DNA of 62,574 nucleotides, the filler included, from Sphacelaria rigidula (lineage: Eukaryota): assembly GCA_964200075.2 (NCBI GenBank). It is 9 parts of 9 records of this genome, joined end to end, with 100 filler letters (N's around TTAATTAATTAA, not from the genome) between each part and the next. Parts side by side here need not be neighbours in the genome. Positions count along the whole stretch, not along the records: positions 34,821 to 41,684 come from CAXNAA020017702.1; positions 41,785 to 48,648 come from CAXNAA020017703.1; positions 48,749 to 55,611 come from CAXNAA020017704.1; 6 more parts are not named here. The stretch is one strand, 5' to 3'. The position numbers were made by a program, and so were the translations under genes. Under the pieces are notes generated by a model. That model did not search any database. It was not told the origin of the DNA and worked only from the letters and a program-made list of their open reading frames with translations. Positions 38,435-50,890 of this stretch are shown piece after piece (positions within the stretch are counted from its first letter, which is position 1; the number at the start of each line of letters is the position of its first letter).

Positions 38435-39469
38435 TGCACAACAGACAAGGCACCCTATTTTCTGGCATAAACTTCAAACCTCACCATACCGTGACTTCAC
38501 CAACCCCTCTTCTACGAAACTGTGATCCTAACCCCGCTTCGTTTTACACTACTTTTACTACTGCAACAAACTTCACCATACCGTGACTTCACCAACCGCT
38601 CTCCCACGAAACCGTGATTTGAACCCTGCTTTGTTTCGCACTACTTTCACTACTCACGTACCTAACCCTTATCCTGTATGGGGGGGGGCAAGTCAAGTCA
38701 GTTTCATTTCTACACATATATCATGTTCTTTCCTCGCACAACTTTACCACACCGCGACTTTCCCAATCCCTTCCCTACAAGACTGATTTCAATCCTACGA
38801 GACTGACCCCAATCCTGCTTCGTTTCACACTACTTTCACTACTCTCACAATTTTTACCACACCGTGACTTCACCAACCTCTCCCTTACGAGACTGTGATT
38901 TGGACCCTTGCTTCCTTTTGCTACGACTGTCGTACCCTGCGCCTTACTATCCTGTAAATAAAACAACGTGTGTAATACAGTATTATCGTAAACAAACCAC
39001 TACAGAGTACAGTGAACATATTCGCTACTGTTGAATCACTTACATTTTGCTATACAGTAGGGCCCTAGCCTATTGACTCTCATTCTTCTTCTATTACCCT
39101 GCCATGTGGTTATTGCAACTTTGCAAGCTCCAATCAACATAAATAGACAGGTTATCATCTTACGTACAGAGAAGCAAATTGAGAGTATATTCAAAAAGCA
39201 GTACTCCGTATATGATACACTCGACTTGTCAGCTTCTGGCACAAGCTTCATCATGAATCCATCAGCCCCCCTACCCGACGAGACTCACTATTTCAACCCT
39301 GGTTCCTTTCACTGCAAACGTGCCTACTTATCCGAATTTCATCCTGTCAAGTAAGATACAGCTTGAACATAAATTTGTAACCCTTGTTTCATCCTTTCTT
39401 TGCTTCGTCCCCTGGGCCTCCCTCCAATGCACTAACAAACTTTCTGCTTCGATCTGTATGTCTAGAATA

Positions 39470-41249
39470 CACACCCCCGACAATAGACGGCATCTATTGC
39501 AATAGCAATAGAACCTGCTGCAGCAGATGCCAATATTGCCGTCCGCAATGGCCTTTGATCGGCAAGTTCATCTTATTTTGTCGTGGCAATGTCTATCGAT
39601 AAACCAGTTTCCCACACTCTTGTTTGGGTAGCAGTCTGCTATGGCCCTACACCGAAATCTATTGCGGCCGACCAAATGCATCGATCGATAGCTTTCCAAA
39701 TCTACTGATGACGGCAATGGTTATCAGTTGACCGCGTGCCAAATCTATTGATGACGACGATGTCTACTGACAGATTGTATACCAAATCTATTGTTAGGTT
39801 GCGGATAAAACTGTGCATGGTGGCAATGAATATCGATAGATACATACCAGAATCAAGTGTGGTATATAATGCCCACCGACAGATTCTCTCTGCCGTCTAT
39901 TGCCTCACCTACATCGTAACATACTACGTATGGAGCATATTGTACTCCGTCAAGATACGGTAGAGAAGCCGCAGGTGAACATGCACTGATTGTATAATGA
40001 CACTACTTGTGAATATATGACATCACGTTTCTACAATTTTGGAACGCTTAATTTTGTAGGAATCCGCAACATGTGTAGACAAAAGTTTACAACTTTTTGT
40101 TGTTGGTGGTGTGGTGTTGGTGCTTACGGTTGTGCCTCTGATGGACATGAGCGCTTGCAGTACTTTCGTGGGTGGGTGAGATGTGCTCATACCCTGGACA
40201 AAAGACTAAGTAATAGAACATTGGCGCTGCAATAGCCCCGAGAATGTGACCGTCAATGTTCATTGTCAGTCATAATCGACTGGCATCAATGTCTATCGAT
40301 AGCTATTGTAGGCGACAATAGATTCGGGACACGGGACAGAATGTATCATCGCCGTGACAATGGAGGGACCAAGCTGTCTATCGATCCATTTTATCTGTTG
40401 CAAAAGGCTCTGGATTGTGGCCAGCAATGTTTACTGCTAATCACAATAGGATCTGCCACGCGGCCATCAATACATATTGTTGGTTACAATAGGATATCAA
40501 TTGCGCCCAGCAATGTCTATTGAGGGTCACAATATAATCTGAATCACGGCCACCAATGTCTGCCGCTGGTCACAACGCAATCTGAATCGCGACCACAAAA
40601 GTAGCTGAATGGTGTCGATTACTAGCGCTATGTATGCACATTGTTCGACTCATGTTTCCGCCTTATTCCACAGACGCTATGGCCAGCTATCGCCTCAGGT
40701 GGTTGCGTGTTCATGTGTAAGGGGTATTGCCGTTGGTATCGTGATACCACTGCAGTGAGCAATCTATTTTTTTTAACCTATCGTTGGCGTCACTGGCTGT
40801 CGATAGGTGCTCCCGAGAGCAATCGATTGTTGACGGCAAGGCCCATATTATTAAATAGGAAAATATGCATTGTTGGCGGCAGAGGCTACCGATAGACGGC
40901 TCACCAAATCTATTAATGGTGGTAAGATGGATAACTTACTTAATCCATTGATGACGGCAATGACTATCGATGGATGGCTCACCAAACCTATTGATTACGG
41001 CAATGGCTCTCGATACATACAACCCAGAATCTATTGCGGTACACGATGTCCATTGATGGCGAGTGATCCTTATCTATTGTGATTGCAAAAGGCTATCGAC
41101 CGACGATTACAACATCTATTGTCCCTTGCAATACACATCACTACATGTGTTTCACCATCTATCGTGTTCGATAATACATGTCGATATATTTTTCCTCGTG
41201 TCTATTGCTGAAGCAATGAACTATTGCTGTGTCCACTGTTCAGTGTGTG
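39470..41249. mobile_element. Long non-autonomous DNA-transposon-like element rich in TCTATTG/CTATCGATAG motifs
   Basis: The degenerate ends CACACCCCCGACAATAGA and CTGTTCAGTGTGTG resemble the MITE TIR. The internal ~1 kb is homologous to 29090-30050. No credible ORF. Confidence 0.55.
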
Positions 41250-42619
41250 CTAGCATATATTCTCAGCAGAAACCCCATGCAAGTTGAATCTGGTACAAAT
41301 GAGAACCCCTCTCAAGTCTCTTACATTGCACAACACTGCAATGACGCAGAAATCACAAAATGGGCCATGTGAATGAATACTAGAGGGGGAACAAGAGGCA
41401 TGATGAAAACATAAGAAAAAAACAACAACAGCGAAACAAGAAGGGATTGTTTGGTTGCTTGGTTGCTCTTTTGTTTTTCGCAACACCTACAGGGAGGGGA
41501 AGGAACAGGGTAATGGGAGGATACATTAGGATGCACGTTAAAATACGCGACTACGCGACAAAACGCACACCTGGTTCCAGTATCTTGGAGATAACAAGCA
41601 TCCTACCCCCCCCCCCACCCACCCCAAAAAACACACAAAAAAACCCAGCAAACAAAGAAAACAAACACCAACCAACAACACAAANNNNNNNNNNNNNNNN
41701 NNNNNNNNNNNNNNNNNNNNNNNNNNNNTTAATTAATTAANNNNNNNNNNNNNNNNNNNNNNNNNNNNNNNNNNNNNNNNNNNNTTATTATTTATTCCGG
41801 TTTAGCTTGTATCGCGGCTTGTGAGTTTTAATCTGGGTCTATTTTGTTTTTCTTGGTTTTTTGCTAGCCTGAGACCACGGAAGGCGTCCGCATCAGATGC
41901 CCAGTACGAATGAACCGCGCAGATATCGGGACGGTTTTTTAATGTGAAGACAACAACAAGTATTCCGTTTGAAAGGGTAAAATAAATGCTCGAACGAACA
42001 GATCAAACATTACGCTCTTGCCGGACCTTCCATCTTCTACTCATCACATATAACATAGTTTCATAACCGATACAGATATCCAATCTTTGGCTCATCCTCG
42101 TGGTAGTCGTCATTGCCTTTACCATTTCCCAAATTAAATTACTTCCTTTCCACACCTACCGTGGCGGACGGGGCCGCCGATAGGCGGCCCCGTCCGCTCC
42201 TTGTACAGGGTACATCTATTCCCGAATTTCTCCCGAGCACTAAATGTTAGTGTTATCAACTAGGGTTTACTATAGGATGGTGACCCAACAAAAATTCGGG
42301 GGATGGGAGGTCGGGCCTACACAAAATGCAAGTAAATGATGAAAAATTCGGGAATCCGAGCCCCGACGATGCGGGCTTTCTTTTGCTTCGAAGGCTTTTT
42401 TGTGGGCCAGGGACAGGGTGCACCATGTTTGCAGTGGCATCACTGCCGGCAACAGCCCCCCCCCATACTGATCGTTCTGATGAGATCAATAAATTTCGCC
42501 TCGCCCTGATTGGACAGGTCGCTCCCAGACTTGTTTATAATCATTTTACTGACACGTCGTGAGCGTGGTGTTAGTGTGCTTCAGTCCCAAGAGGGTTGAC
42601 CTCGCCGCCGCAAAGGAAT

Positions 42620-42798
42620 CATACCCTGGGCAATGAGATACACAGTAAAAAAGTGTACTGCGTACAGTATCGACTATTGAGCACAGAATCACATCCTGGA
42701 CATTGTATAATACACAGAAATTCTTATCGCATTAGACAATAGACTCGATACTGTACGCAGTATATTTTTCTACAATAGAATCCATTGTCCAGGGTGTG
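42620..42798. mobile_element. MITE of the same family as 37931-38434
   Basis: CATACCCTGGGCAAT .. ATTGTCCAGGGTGTG, with the same internal inverted AAAAAGTGTACTGCGTA motif. Confidence 0.75.
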
Positions 42799-42980
42799 AA
42801 AGGAATATCTGTGTATTATAGGAAATCGAGCTTCAGTATCAAGGAGGTTGTACCGCAACGCAGATGCTTCTTATGTTCCTGCGCACAACCGCGATGCTGA
42901 CGCCAAGAGAAGGGAAATGTGGAGAACTCAAATGATTCTACTGAACATGAGGCCACTTCCACAAGGATACCTCAACGTAC

Positions 42981-43175
42981 CTGGAGGTCAAAGACGAGCG
43001 AGATGCCCAGCTCTTCCAGCACGAAACCCAGACCTCCGGCCCACCTGATGGCCTCGGCAGCTCCTTCATCGACAAACAGCGCAATGTTTTCCCATTCTGA
43101 AAATCTGCAACGGTGTAACAACCCCTGTAATGGTTTGCGCAAGGCTACCAGAATGTCAACCTCTCCATCTGACAT
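42981..43175 (-). CDS. First coding exon of a probable Sec1-family domain protein (SCFD2/MIP3-like)
   Basis: ATG to CAG|GTACGT, 65 codons. ENIALFVDEGAAEAIRWAGGLGFVLEELG resembles, from memory, the N-terminal 'vYlDa.caEs..w.g....LLE' motif of SCFD2/MIP3; not searched. Confidence 0.55.
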
Positions 43176-43576
43176 CGCTCTCTAGGTAGTTTAAGCGCCA
43201 GCGTTGAATCACAAGTAATGTGTGCCATGAGCAGTGAAAAGACACGAAGTTGCGGTACTATTGAAATATTGTACGGTACTGTACAACAGATAGCTCTGCC
43301 TTCGCTCTGTCCGCACAGCTGTGTCTGTGGTGTTTGCACTATACTAGACCACTTGACTATGTCAAGTCCCGTTGGTGATGGGGGAACGGTTGGGCTCAAG
43401 AGAATTGCAAAAATACTTGGTAGCGGCTGCACCATCCCAATTGAAAGTATTACCTACTCACAATATGTGTTTTTCTTAGGCACTAAGTCCACTTGCTTTG
43501 GATTACGGGCCATGCCCACTTCACAGCCACAGCTCAATCAATACCTCAGGTTTCTTCGGTGTAATGACGGGTATTA

Positions 43577-44362
43577 ATGTTTAGAAAACCGAATATGGCT
43601 ATTAAAAAGAATATGCCGTTGGATCTCCAGCCCCTCGCCAGCGGAGACCTAGGCCAAGAATTACTCACTACACGACCTGTAGTACTTTCGATGCGCGCGG
43701 TAACCAGTAAAAGTGCAGATACGAAAACAGAAAGACCACATTCGTCTCCACTGCGCTCCGTTGCATCTAGCCAGCGCCGTCCGTGCTCTCAGGTAGCTAG
43801 AGCAATAGCGGTAGCAGCAAGTGTAGCTCTTTTCGTTTCAAGTGTGGCGATCGCACTGACACATAGTCGTCCGACGAGGCGCTTGACAGATATGCTACGT
43901 GACGGCAAAGGACCCGCAACATCAGCAGCAACGACGACGGCGGAGGAGACGGATCGTGATCGAGGAATTGGTTTGCTCATAGACGCGGCTGATGCTTCAG
44001 GTTCAGCGTCAGTGGCACGATCATATCAGCAAGATCAACAACGTCAACAACAGCAGCAACAAGCACAACACCAAGACAGGGTTTCATCGTCATCATCGTC
44101 AGCATCGTCAGCATGCCGGCACCCTCATCATACTGAAAGCGCAGGTAGCACATCGTCAACCACAGGCAGTAGTTCCTCCTGTGGCAGTGGCACACAAGAC
44201 GTGGAGGGGGTGGGGCCGGAGGTCATCAAAGTGCAACAGCAGCAACGACCCGTTCCATTCTTTGCACAGGGCAAAGACACTGCCGACAGCAGGCGCGAAA
44301 TGGCAAGCCATTTGGACTACCTGCTCGAGGAGTACCGCAAAGATTTGGTCAAAGTTGTCCAG
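43577..44362 (+). CDS. Probable first exon of a single-pass (type II-like) membrane protein of unknown function
   Basis: One of the longest open frames in the window, on a non-repeat segment. It has a hydrophobic stretch AIAVAASVALFVSSVAIAL, a Q/S-rich linker and a strong donor CAG|GTATGT at 44362/44363. The true start codon is uncertain. Confidence 0.6.
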
Positions 44363-45333
44363 GTATGTACTGCTGTTGTATGATTTTCATTCATACTTGA
44401 TGAGTAGTATTTTGTTGCTCTTCTGGTGGTGTCGATAAGAAAGGGTCATGCGGTACTCGTACACGTAACGGTTGTCTGATCGAACCAAAGATGGTTGGCA
44501 GCTACGAGCAGATATCATACCGTCGAAAATCGAAACTGCAAAACTATGAAACACAGTATGACCCGCCTGTACACTGACAGTTCTTCATATGACAGCTTTC
44601 ATGGATCGTTTCCTTGGTTCCTGTGTCCACAACCATCAGCGCCCTTCCCCTGCCGAACCAGCGTCCATGTGTAGGTGGGAATGACGGGTTGGTTCTGCTG
44701 AAATGCTTCGTTGGTGTGTCATGGTTTGTAAATGTGTAAAGCCTTGGTACAGCCGCACTTTATCAACATCCTATGATGACAGCCAAAGCGTTGTGGATCA
44801 TTCCGCTGTGCCCCTGCAAAGAGTCGTTTGTCGCGTGGCAGCGGAGATTACTCTCTTGCTGACCAAATGTAGAGTCCGAACCCCTGTCCCGGGTGTTTTT
44901 ACGATCTTGCTGTGCAATACCTCGGCGCCCCATCTCTTTTTCTCTTTAAGCCTGCAACTGCTTTCCCGTTCAAGTACTATTGGAGACAAACGATTGTACG
45001 GTACAGCAGTGTCCACAGAGATGCGGTATGACCAGTACGGGCTGAACTCTGTAGCGGGAACTGACTCTGCGTACCTTTTCAGGTCATTGCCTGGCGTCAC
45101 CTGATCATTTCGTGCCACGATACCTCCTATTACTAGAGGTATCTCGAACTGGACGTTCCCGGTATATTTCACTGTAATTTACAGTCAAATATAGCAGGAA
45201 CCCTAAGTCCTCTATAGTTGACAGTAAGTTACTCTGTACTATTGTGACATACCGCCATATCGAGTTTGAGATATCTTCATTAGAGGAGGTCAAACTGGAG
45301 ATTCTCGATATATTTCAGAGTGATTTACATTAA

Positions 45334-45432
45334 CCCTGAGACAGCGAGCGTAGGTCATCTGTTGAATCGGCATCAATTTCACTTGAAAAAAGTATGCATG
45401 ATCCAGTTAAGACTACCCTCGCGGTCTAAGGA
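45334..45432. mobile_element. piggyBac-type MITE (~99 bp) with TTAA target duplication
   Basis: TTAA|CCCTGAGACAGCGAG..CTCGCGGTCTAAGGA|TTAA. A close copy lies at 55948-56045, and divergent relatives at 45584-45691 and ~45900-45942. Confidence 0.85.
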
Positions 45433-47433
45433 TTAAAATGTGTGAAGCTCAAGTACGATTCACCTTGTTCAAGTGAAACATAAGTACTATGCAGCAATAC
45501 TGTACGATCTTCATCTCTGTGGAGACATCCGGGGTGATATGTAATTGACCCGCTTGGGGTTTCACTCATGTGTACGAATTTGACCCTTCCACGGTCAGCG
45601 TAGGTCATCTGGCTACCGAGTCATTTTTCAAGTACAAATGATGCTGATTCTGCCGATGATCCATCCTGGCAGCTCGCTGACGGTCGAAGTGTTATAGCAC
45701 TAGAAGATGGTCAGCGTTGCCGACTCTGTGCCAATGGCGTGTAGTTGCATGTAGCGTCTCAACAGGGAGGCCGTCATCCAAACGCACGATTGATCAAGAG
45801 GGTGGGGCATCCCCGGGAAAAATGAAAAATGGATGACTTGTCTGTTATCGGAATGTTGTCGAACAGGTCAGACACTTTGTGGGGCCCGATTAGCAACGGT
45901 AACCTTTGGACCGGGAGGGTAGTCCACCTGGATCATGTATACGAAATGCCCTGTACTCCCACAAGTCGATCCGTGCGTGACCGCTCATCCAGGGGTGTAA
46001 TAATCTGGGTTTTGCTCTCATATTTCGAATAAAAAAAATGACGCCATGTCAACAAACTGCGCACTTCGGCGGCTAAATAGTCTTTGCATTGCCGTCGCAG
46101 GTAAATCGGCATCATTTTCGCTCAACGTAGTCGGCAAAACTGATTCAAATTTAACGTATTGTCTGCCCTGGCGGTCTGGCGGTCACAGGGTTGCACGTGT
46201 GGCAACGTGGCGGGTGTAGAATTCTGGCCTTGTAATGTTGCAATGTGGTGTAGGGTGTAGAGCACTGCAGTACACTGTACCGTGTCCTGTAGTGGGGGTG
46301 AACAGATAAAAACTTGACGAGCGATGAAAATGATGTGCGGGCGTTTGCTTCAATGATTCTCATGAGCCTCTTGAGCCCTCTCGGATGAGGAGCGCTCTCG
46401 GGTACATTTTGTGGCAGCCCACCATCTTTAACCTGGAGATGGATATACACAATGTCAGTTGTAAAATCTCCATTTCGAAAGGAAATCAACCCGCGGGCCT
46501 GGTTTTGCCCCTTCATTCGTCCAGGCGGACGTGCCCCACAAAGCTGATGCGGACGCACACTCACATCTGTAAGCGCGTGACCATTTCACTGTGCCGAGGC
46601 CGCATATTTACAGAGCTCTACGACGTACGACGGCCAATCGTCGGAGATAGATCACGCTGCTGACTGGATCCTACTAAAGTTCAATTCACCACTGTACAGT
46701 AGTACAGTAGTGCTTGGCGCCTGTGGCGATCTGGTAATACCGTTCGAATGAATGATTATACCGACCCGAGCCGCTATCCGCGGGCCAGAACGCCGGTTCT
46801 TCTCTTCGGGTTTTCCCCTTGGCGCGCGTTGCCCCGCAAAATTCTGATTTCATACAAATTTTCTTGGGACCCGTTTCATTCATTTAGTCATCTGCACATT
46901 TTTGTGTTGCTTTATGGCACTGAGAGTTGGAGTCATGGATGCCGTGCTCACAGTTGTGTGGATGGAGACACTCACTTTCCATCGTTGGCTGGGCGTTGCT
47001 GCCTCCTTCGCTCCCTTCCGTTGTTGCGGGGTGTTAGAATCAAGCAACAACGAGAGGGGAGGGGGTATTTCCCCGCAGTCGGCAGTTTATTTTTCTCAAC
47101 CCCTAGACGGCGAACCTCCTTCAGTTGGACTGAGATGGACTGTTGCCACATCTAGGATTTAGAAGAGCTCTATTCTCGCGATTATTTTTTCACGAACACG
47201 TCGAAGGCACACCGAGAACCCTCGGGCAAGGGAGTGCACAGTGTTCGTTAGAAAAAGTGTGCGTTGCCAGACCTCAAATCGGCGCCCCAGGAGTCGATTT
47301 CGACAAAACGCGCTCTGCGCAAGCCAGGATCACGCTTGGAGCACAGACTCGATGAAGATCCGGATTTTGCTTTCCCCACTAAAATCGAGTCGAATTAAAC
47401 ATCAACCGTGGCACCCTCCCAAGTGGTGAACTA

Positions 47434-48300
47434 CCGTAATATCCTCTGTGAACGCCCCGCCCCCCCTTTGAGAACACCCCCCCTCCCCCCCCAAAAAAAA
47501 ATCGTTTTTCGATGCCAAAAACCTTGTTTTCACCCCGAGGCGCTATGTTTTTTTGCAAGGAAAATAAATCGCCCCTCTACCTCTGTGTTCACCCCGGCGC
47601 GTTCTTTGTTCGCCTCCCTTTTTTTTGCGCCCCCGGGGCGTTCGTTCGTTTTTCGTGGCCCCCCGCGGGGCGTTCTTTCAATCAGCTGCCTCCGCTACTG
47701 CTACTGCTGACTGTGCTGTTTGTTGTTGTTATGGTTGTTCTGGTTGTTCATGTCTTCGCTGGTACGAGGAGCGCCCCTTTGGCCCGGTAAGGGCAAGGGC
47801 AAAGTTGGGCTCAGGGTACACTCGTTCGAGCGGACCCTTTTGTTTTTGTTGGAGGGGCCGTCATCCCCATCCTCCTTCTTCTCACCACCCTGCGGACGAC
47901 GCAAGCTCCCCCAATCACAGGCCTTTTTGCGCCTCTTGAAAGCTTGCTCGTAGATCGCGTTGAGGCCCGACATCGTGGGTTCCAAAACAAGAGACGTCCG
48001 CGTAGACGTGCTGTGGATGTTGTGCAGGTAAAAACTACAAAAGGCCCACGCCCCGAGGGCTTTTTCGCTGTGGATGTTGTGCAGGTAAAAATTACGAAAG
48101 GCCCACGCCCCGGGGGCTTTTTCGCCCCGAGGTGTTCTATTCGCCCAATAAAATAGCCGGCGCCCCGGGGCGAAAAAGCCCCGGGGTGTTTTTTTTTTCC
48201 TACGGAAGATCGCCCCTCTACCTTTGAGAACACCCCGGGGCGATCCTCTGACGACCGGATTTTGACGCGCCACCCGGGGCGTTCACAGAGGATATTACGG
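47434..48300. mobile_element. Non-autonomous Tc1/mariner (Tc2/pogo-like) element, 867 bp
   Basis: Perfect 26-bp TIR CCGTAATATCCTCTGTGAACGCCCCG with TA on both sides. There is an internal ~58-bp tandem duplication at ~48010-48125. Confidence 0.9.
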
Positions 48301-49619
48301 TATACTGAGTAGTGAGTAGTCCACCTGTAGTCCACCTGTAGGGGGAGAAGGTGACCATTTTGATAGCCGTGATCGATCAAAAAAGTCATTTCGCTCCTCT
48401 TGAGCCTCGTTCCTGGCTTATAATATTCCGTGGGAAACTTCAAAGACCATTTTTTATGACAACCAATCCGTATTTCTACAAACATGAGGATTTCAGCGCG
48501 TCTTCAGGCGATTTTCTCCCGTGGATAGATTTTTCGGACCCCAGTTCTATAGTAGTCGGCGTCAGAAGTTTTCAGAATTCGTAGTCGTCCTGTTTTCTGA
48601 GTTTTTCTGGAGTACCGTTCTCCACTACTACTTGAAAATGCTAGCCCCNNNNNNNNNNNNNNNNNNNNNNNNNNNNNNNNNNNNNNNNNNNNTTAATTAA
48701 TTAANNNNNNNNNNNNNNNNNNNNNNNNNNNNNNNNNNNNNNNNNNNNCAACCCCATTTTCGAAAATCGGTTGTTTGTTGCTGTTAGATATCTCCATATA
48801 GATGGTGCTGATCTCGTCGTTTGCTTGCCTTCGCCGGCAAAATAGAGGACAGACTTATGCTACCTGTCCGTGTATGGCGTTCATATATGCGGTGAAAATA
48901 TTTCTCACAACCTCTATGTGACACGGGGGGGCAGTCGGACAGGCTAGGGCGTGATCGACCAGCTCTCTCGGGATGCTGCAGCAGCGCACATGAATAAAAA
49001 TACCGACTGTAGAAGGCCCCGTGCATAGATTGCAGCATGCTTGCTTTCTGTGAGTTGTATGCGCAGATACACCTAATCAAATCACTAGCTATACACTTTT
49101 TAGCCGGTGCGGTAGCGTACCCTCGTAGCAGCACTGCCGGCAAGTAGGTCGCTTCTGGATTGTTTCTGCTCTTCGCTTCGAAAGTGCGTACGTCTGCAAA
49201 CAACGACCACCGTGCTTGGCCCCAACGCTCCAACACCGCTGCCGGGGCACACACTGTCTAAGGAGATAGATATCGCCAACCCGCGGTGCTTTTTACTCTA
49301 CGACATAGCCCAGGGTGTCACTAGCAAGGTTCCTGATTATTCTGGCATGCTTGCGAGAGCCGCGGTGTGCGCCAAGGGCAGCTCTGCAGAGTATTGTGCT
49401 GGGGTGCGAAAAATCGGACTTTTGCCAAACGTGAAGGCTTGGCGAAAAAATCTCGCCGCCTCATTTTGGGAGAAGGTGCGAAAAAAAGTGCGAAAACGCC
49501 TAAAATTAGGACTTTCTCCCAAAAACCTGTGTCAATAATAACGACCCTTACTCAGGTAGTACACTATTTTGATGGGGATTTCCTATTTCGAAGTCACGAC
49601 TTGGAAATAGTCATGTTCA

Positions 49620-50890
49620 CCTCCAGCTGGGATTTGACTACCCGCCTGCATTTGTCTCATGTGCCTCGTATCGACCACAAGACCCGTACTCCACTCAAAC
49701 AGCCCATAGCCATCGTTCAAGCCATCGCATGGTGCAAACGGCCTCGTGTGGACGAGAAACCCACCTGCTGCACAGTGCCAAAAAATACCGCCACTCGACT
49801 GGAGGTGGACATAGCTTATGTCCAACTCCAGCGAGTGGAATGCCTGTCCCCGCTCATCTCATATGCCTTGCATCGACACCACAGCAGCTGCAATACACTC
49901 ACACATTCCGTAGCCACCGTTCAAGCCATCGTGAGGTGCAAACGGCCTCGTAGCCGAGGAGAAACGCGCCTGCTGCACACAGGGCCGAAAAACACATCTG
50001 CACCGGACTGGACTTGGACATAACTTTTGTAAAAACCACGACTTATAGGCAACTTGGACTTCGAGGTATGTTGGCTGGGGGCATGGAAGCACATAATCAT
50101 GTGCTTGCGGTTGATAGCGGTCGCGTTGCAGACAAAACGCCAACAGGTGATCACCGCTAGTACTTTCTACCCGCGTTGTTCCGCGATGCACTGAGGTTTC
50201 AACCAGCGTGATGAGCATGAATCTACAGACAGTGTCCAATACACTGGAAATGTACACGCTGCTCAGCTGTCTCGCGTCGCACGTCATCTGCATACGCTGC
50301 CCGCGTAACCTGGGGCTGTTGGGTACGAAGTGCGCATAACGCGTACCAGCCGCCAAGGTGGCTCCATGAATCGACCCTTTTTTCGTCGTACCGGCGATGT
50401 CCTCGACACACAACTAGTGGGTCGATTTCCCACGGCTGTAGGAGCTGCGAGGACGAAGGCCAATGTTGCATATCTAGTCCCAAAGGCTACAGCATCATGA
50501 CACTGCTCCCGCGTGCTTTAGCATTGCACCCGTCGATGACTTTAAGGGTGGCTACGGGCTGTGTGAGTATATTGCAGCTGCTGTGGTGTCGAAACAAGTC
50601 ACATGGGACGAGTGCGGATAGTTATTCCACTCGCTGGACTTGGACATACAAAAGTAGATTGTGAAGTCCACCTCCAGTCTGGTGGCGGTATTTTTTGGCG
50701 CTGTGCAGCAGGAGCGTTCCTCGTCCGCTACAAGGCCGTTTTCGCCGTGAGATGGCTTGGATGGTGGCTACGGACTGTGTGAGTCTATATCAGGTGCTGT
50801 GGTGTCGATGCAAGGCACATGGGACGAGCGCGGACAGGTTTTCCAATCGCTGGAGGTGGACATAAGCTATGTCCGAGTCTACGTCCAAGT
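49620..50890. repeat. Large foldback: tandem ~215-bp units on the left, inverted tandem units on the right
   Basis: The unit GCCA(T/C)CGTTCAAGCCATCG..CAAACGGCCTCGT..CCTGCTGCACAG.GCC.AAAAA.AC..GACTGGA..TGGACATA occurs at ~49708 and ~49912. Reverse-complement copies lie at ~50548-50760 and ~50763-50870. Confidence 0.75.

Larger units (their letters stand above)
37590..39350. repeat. Degenerate tandem (satellite-like) array, interrupted at 37931-38434
   Basis: CTTCACCATACCGTGACTTCACCAACC..TACGAGACTG.GATTTGAACCC..CTTCGTTTCAC..TACTTTCACTACTC recurs as full and partial units, at least 7 times. Confidence 0.75.

Noticed and set aside
37590-39350. Repeat array as CRISPR or a coding repeat
   Set aside because: Degenerate variable-length units with no unique spacers and no open frame.
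44951-45082. Candidate second exon of the 43577 gene
   Set aside because: The acceptor is plausible, but frame and donor are ambiguous and no motif was recognised.
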